This document shows positions 59,115-64,000 of a stretch of DNA of 64,000 nt, one piece after another. The DNA lies in assembly GCA_964016885.1 (NCBI GenBank), contig OZ024746.1:83080001-83144000 (forward strand), read 5' to 3'. Positions within the stretch are counted from its first letter, which is position 1, and every line of letters begins with the position of its first letter. The DNA is from Eledone cirrhosa. Taxonomy: Eukaryota. The notes beneath the pieces are model-generated. The model did not search any database. It saw only the letters and a program-made list of their open reading frames with translations, and had not been told where the DNA came from. Position numbers and translations under genes: made by a program.

Positions 59115-60380
59115 GATTGTTGCTCTCAGTTTAGTCTTGAATGGGGTGAGCCATGGTGTAGAGCCAATCCAAACACGTTCAAGTCCCTGGTGGAATGTTC
59201 AGGAGAGAGATAGTAACTGAAATCGGGGGAATCCTTTCCGAGAAGAATGTCAAAGAAGTGTTTGACGAAACGATCTGCTAAACGGTGACTAGTCTGGCCA
59301 ATATAGAGTACGTTGCACAACGAGCATTTAAGGCAGTAGGTCAAATTAGTGGAAGTGTAGCTAAACAAAGTCAGAAATTCAGAAGTATGTGTTGTTAGTG
59401 ATGAACGAACAGGTTTGACAACGGGACCTGGAGCAAGGATGAGATCCAGATGGGATCTAGGTGGATTAAGATGATCGGGAGAGAGGACCTGTGAACCAAG
59501 AAGGCATGTAGGTTAGGGAAAGGAGTAGGGAAGAGGTGAACAGTGGTGGGACCGGGCTGGAAGAGTTGGAACATGATGGCGCATGATGTTAAAATGGAAT
59601 AATAGAGCAGACGGGTGGTAGATGAGAGGAAAGGAGGTGATTAGGTGTGAGAGCAGGAAATTGGGAAGAGGGTGGTTGTGCGAGGGTGGTAGATTGAGCG
59701 AGCACGGGTGAGAGGGGGTTTAGATTAGGATGTAGGAGAACCCGCATTGATAGAAGTGCTGGGTCATGGTTAAGGACGGGATCTCAAAATCCTGTGCACA
59801 GCTACAAAGACGGAGGAGGTGATGGAGTTAAGAATAACGGGTTGCCCGTTTAGTGTGAGTAAGATTGGATGTGGGGATATCATGGTAAAAGTGAGATTCG
59901 GTGGGTTTGTGGAATGTGGAAGTGGTGATGGAGTCCTTTGGGTGGTGGATGGAAACAAATGTTAAGAAAGTTGATGGAAGTCTTGGAGATGGTAGATGTG
60001 AATTGGACAGAAGGTTGGAATGAGGAGCTAAAGAAGGAGAGGAAAGTATTGGGTTGTATGTGGGAGAAGGAGGTGGTTCAAATGATGTTGTCAATGTAGT
60101 GACCGAATTCTTCAGAGGTGTGATCGATGAATGATGAAGGGATCTAAACCTCAATGTAGTCGACGAAAAGATCGGCATAGTTTCGACCCATTCTCGTTTC
60201 TATAGCCCCCTCCCCCTCCCCGTAACTCTAGCGAAAGACATGTAGTAAAGGGTGAGAACAAGTTAGACTAGGAGGATGAGGGCCGAGATGCTGGTCTAGA
60301 AAGTGGTATGATGGTTGAGGAAGTGTTGATGAGCTAAACGACCATCAATATGGAAGATGACGGGAAGGGCCAGACTAAGG
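59115..60380 (-). pseudogene. Penelope-like element RT plus GIY-YIG endonuclease, decayed
   Basis: TRMGRNYADLFV, FGHYIDNI, KPTESH, LRLCS and NLTYCLKCSLCNVLYIGQTSHRLADRFVKH; many stops and frameshifts. Confidence 0.9.
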
Positions 60381-60599
60381 AAGAAATTGAAGAAACTATA
60401 ACATTAGTTGATAAATATAAACTATGGTTGAATAAATCGGATAAACTTAATAAATATTATATCTACCCTCTACTTCCATTAAAGTATCAAGTACTAAGTT
60501 AAATGTTGGTCTTACTAATCTTTTAACTAATAACATTTCATCTCTGTCTCTCCCCAACCCACGCTCTTTCTCTCTTTCTTACTCTCTTTCTCTCTTTCT

Positions 60600-60640
<41 letters not shown>

Positions 60641-60728
60641 TCTCTCTCTCTCTTTCTCTCTTTATCTTTCTCTCTCTCTCACACTTTCCCTCTCTCTTTC
60701 TCTTTCTCTCTTTCTTACTGTTTCTCTC

Positions 60729-60775
<47 letters not shown>

Positions 60776-61029
60776 AATAGTGTGATAAACTATGTTTACA
60801 TATACTGAATATATCAATTCATACGCAATGTCATTTTCACATATGATTGTATGTAAAAGATATCACAGCATATACATACATATATGCAGACATACATACA
60901 TACATGCAGACATACACACATGCATACATACATGCATACAGACATACATACATGCATACATGCATACATGCATATAAAAATGCATACATACATACATACA
61001 GACATGCATGCGTACATATGCATACATGT

Positions 61030-61114
61030 TTATATATATGTATGCATACACAGACATATACACACACATGCATATAAATATATATATACATATATATATA
61101 TCGTCTGTACACAA

Positions 61115-61152
<38 letters not shown>

Positions 61153-61174
61153 CGTCTGTACATATATATATATA

Positions 61175-61244
<70 letters not shown>

Positions 61245-61251
61245 ACAGACG

Positions 61252-61335
<84 letters not shown>

Positions 61336-61342
61336 CGTCTGT

Positions 61343-61386
<44 letters not shown>

Positions 61387-61420
61387 TATATATATATATG
61401 TACAGACGATATATATATGC

Positions 61421-61472
<52 letters not shown>

Positions 61473-61557
61473 GTGTACAGACGATATATATATATATGTA
61501 TATATATATTTATATGCATGTGTGTGTATATGTCTGTGTATGCATACATATATATAA
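61030..61557. repeat. About 530-bp imperfect palindrome centred on (TA)n
   Basis: Landmarks TCGTCTGTAC/GTACAGACGA and ATGCATACACAGACATATACACACACATGCAT are mirrored about position ~61294. Confidence 0.85.
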
Positions 61558-61582
61558 ATATCTATACATATATATATATATG

Positions 61583-61643
<61 letters not shown>

Positions 61644-62209
61644 GCTGTACATGGAAGAAAACTTCATTTTTCCTTCCTAACACCCCCTTTCATCTATATA
61701 TGGATGGTTAAACGTCATGTTCTACAATTTTTCCAAATTCAAATCTTAGAATGCAACCATTGATATGAGATTTTTGAAAAATAATATAAAACTCTATCGA
61801 ATGGAAGAAAATAAATGGTGAAAAATCAAAGTTGCTTTGAGTCATTTCTGGAGTGAACTCAAGTTTTCATTCGTATAATATTTCGTTCTGCAACACGTTT
61901 CAAATTTAAATAATTCTCATCGACTGAATCATAAAAGTATCTAAAAAATATCTTGCTTAAAGAACGAAAAAAAGAGAGAAACGGTAGAAGATAAAGAAAA
62001 TAGTGATAAAATAATATAACAAAACAAGCGTGTGATTAAAATGACAATGCCGTTTGTGTGTGTTTGTATGTAAGAATGTGCTTATGTGTATGTGCATGTA
62101 TGTGTTTGTGCATGTGTGTGTAGGTGTGTATGTATGTGTGTATGTGTGTATGTGTGTGTATGTGTGTGTATGTATGTGTGTATGTATGTGTGTAGGTGTG
62201 TTTGTAGGT

Positions 62210-62250
<41 letters not shown>

Positions 62251-62403
62251 TTTGTGCGTGAGTACATGTGTGTGTGCTTGTGTCAGAGTGCCTGTGCGTG
62301 CATGTGCGTGCATGTGTGTATATGTGTGTCAGCATGTGTGTGTGTTTGCGTGTATGTGTGTGAATGTGCGCGTATTTGTGTGTGTGTGCATGTGTGTATG
62401 TGT

Positions 62404-62487
<84 letters not shown>

Positions 62488-63396
62488 GTGTATGTGAATG
62501 CATTTTCTTTTTTTCTTTAATGTGTGGAACGAGCATTGAGAATCGCTGATAAAATTATAATGGCAATGGACACAAAACAGAGAATACTGGATATTAAAAA
62601 AAGCATGCGGTAAAGGTGGTTTGTGTATGTGTATGTGTGTGTATGTATGTATGATTGTATGTATGATTGTGTGTACGACTGTGTATGATTGTGTGTATGT
62701 GTGGTATGAGTGAGTCATTGTGGTGATGATTATGCATGATAAAAACTGTTGTGTAGTTGTTTTATATTGGTTATTAGTCTGATAATGAAGTCAATCCGCT
62801 TAGGGTTACATTTAGAGTGTGAAACCGATTGACTGCAACACTTTATCACTGAAAGTAAGGGAAAATAACAAGAAATAGATAAACATACGGGAGATGATGG
62901 CAGCGGCGGCGGCGGTGGTGGTGGTGGTGGTGGTGGAGTAGGTGGAATGATAGAAATAAAATTAAAAATAACCTACTATAAAATAATATAAAATAAAATA
63001 ATAATAAAACAAATCTAGGTGGGATGTGCGTATTAAAGACGATGTCCAGGAGGAGGGATGTAGCAAGCAAAGAACAGGCCTGAAGTGGTCTTCATTTCAA
63101 CCAAACAGATCCATAAAGAGCTTTGGTTTGCTGTATAATTCGATTGTTCGCCAGCGACAAGGAGCAAAAGAATCATATGGCTGGCCTCTGTAATTCGGTT
63201 TGGATCTAATTAAAGAACGCTAACAAGATTTGCGGAATGTTTATCACGGTACTGGCACATGACTGATCAGTGGTTGAGCATATTAAGTCTTTATTTCAGC
63301 CTGACAGTTACGTTGCCATGCGCAACGGCATTTATGACTGAGAGAGTCAATTCTCTGATTTTCGTTGTCGACGTCGTCATCATCGTCATCATCATT

Positions 63397-63445
<49 letters not shown>

Positions 63446-64000
63446 ACAGCAATAGCAGCAGCAGTAGCTTTGTTGTCATCATCTTTATCCTTATCCTACC
63501 TCTTTTCCTCTTTTTCTCTTTTCCTCTTTTCCTCTTTTCCTCTTTTCCTCTTGCTCTTCCTCCTCCTCATCATTATCATTATCATTGCTATCATCATCAT
63601 CATCATCATCATCATCATCGTCATCATCATCATCATCATCATCGTCGTCAAATTAATATCCTAGATAGCCTTATTATAGTCTTAAACATTATCCCCCCCC
63701 TCCATTTCTTTCCCTTCTTTCTCTTTCTTCTTCCTCTTTCTTCCTCTCTCCCCTTCCTCCTCCTTCATCTGCCTCTGTCTTCTAACTTTTCTTCTCTCCC
63801 TTATTCTCTTATTCTTTCTTCTCTCACTCCTCCTCCGCCTTCTTCTCCCTCAGCCCCCTCTTGTTCTTTCCTCCCACTTCCTCCTCTTTCTCCTTCCGTC
63901 TCCTTTCTCACTTCCCACCTTCTCTTTCCTCCCCCTCCTTCTCTTTTTCCATCCCCTTGTCCACCCACCCCTCTCCCACTTCCTCGTTCTCCCTCTTTCT

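Overview
Eukaryotic, AT-rich, extremely microsatellite-dense non-coding DNA. The SINE families and the repeat landscape suggest a coleoid cephalopod (Octopus-like); this is inferred, not verified. I found no intact host gene, and nearly all listed ORFs are translations of simple repeats. The window holds many tRNA-derived SINEs, decayed retroelement fragments (RTE, L1/Tx1, R4/Dong-like, Penelope-like), two small Tc1/pogo-type MITEs and several minisatellites. The main signal is about 25 short (50-580 bp) inserts from about 10 sequence families, almost all embedded in (TA)n tracts. Most have a fold-back (inverted arm, forward arm, 3' tail) architecture. Many carry a minimal type I hammerhead ribozyme (CUGANGA...GAAA-palindrome-UH), which points to non-autonomous Penelope-like derivatives. 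In one family the ribozyme stem III is itself a length-variable (TA)n microsatellite. All structures were folded by eye, and coordinates of degenerate repeats are approximate.
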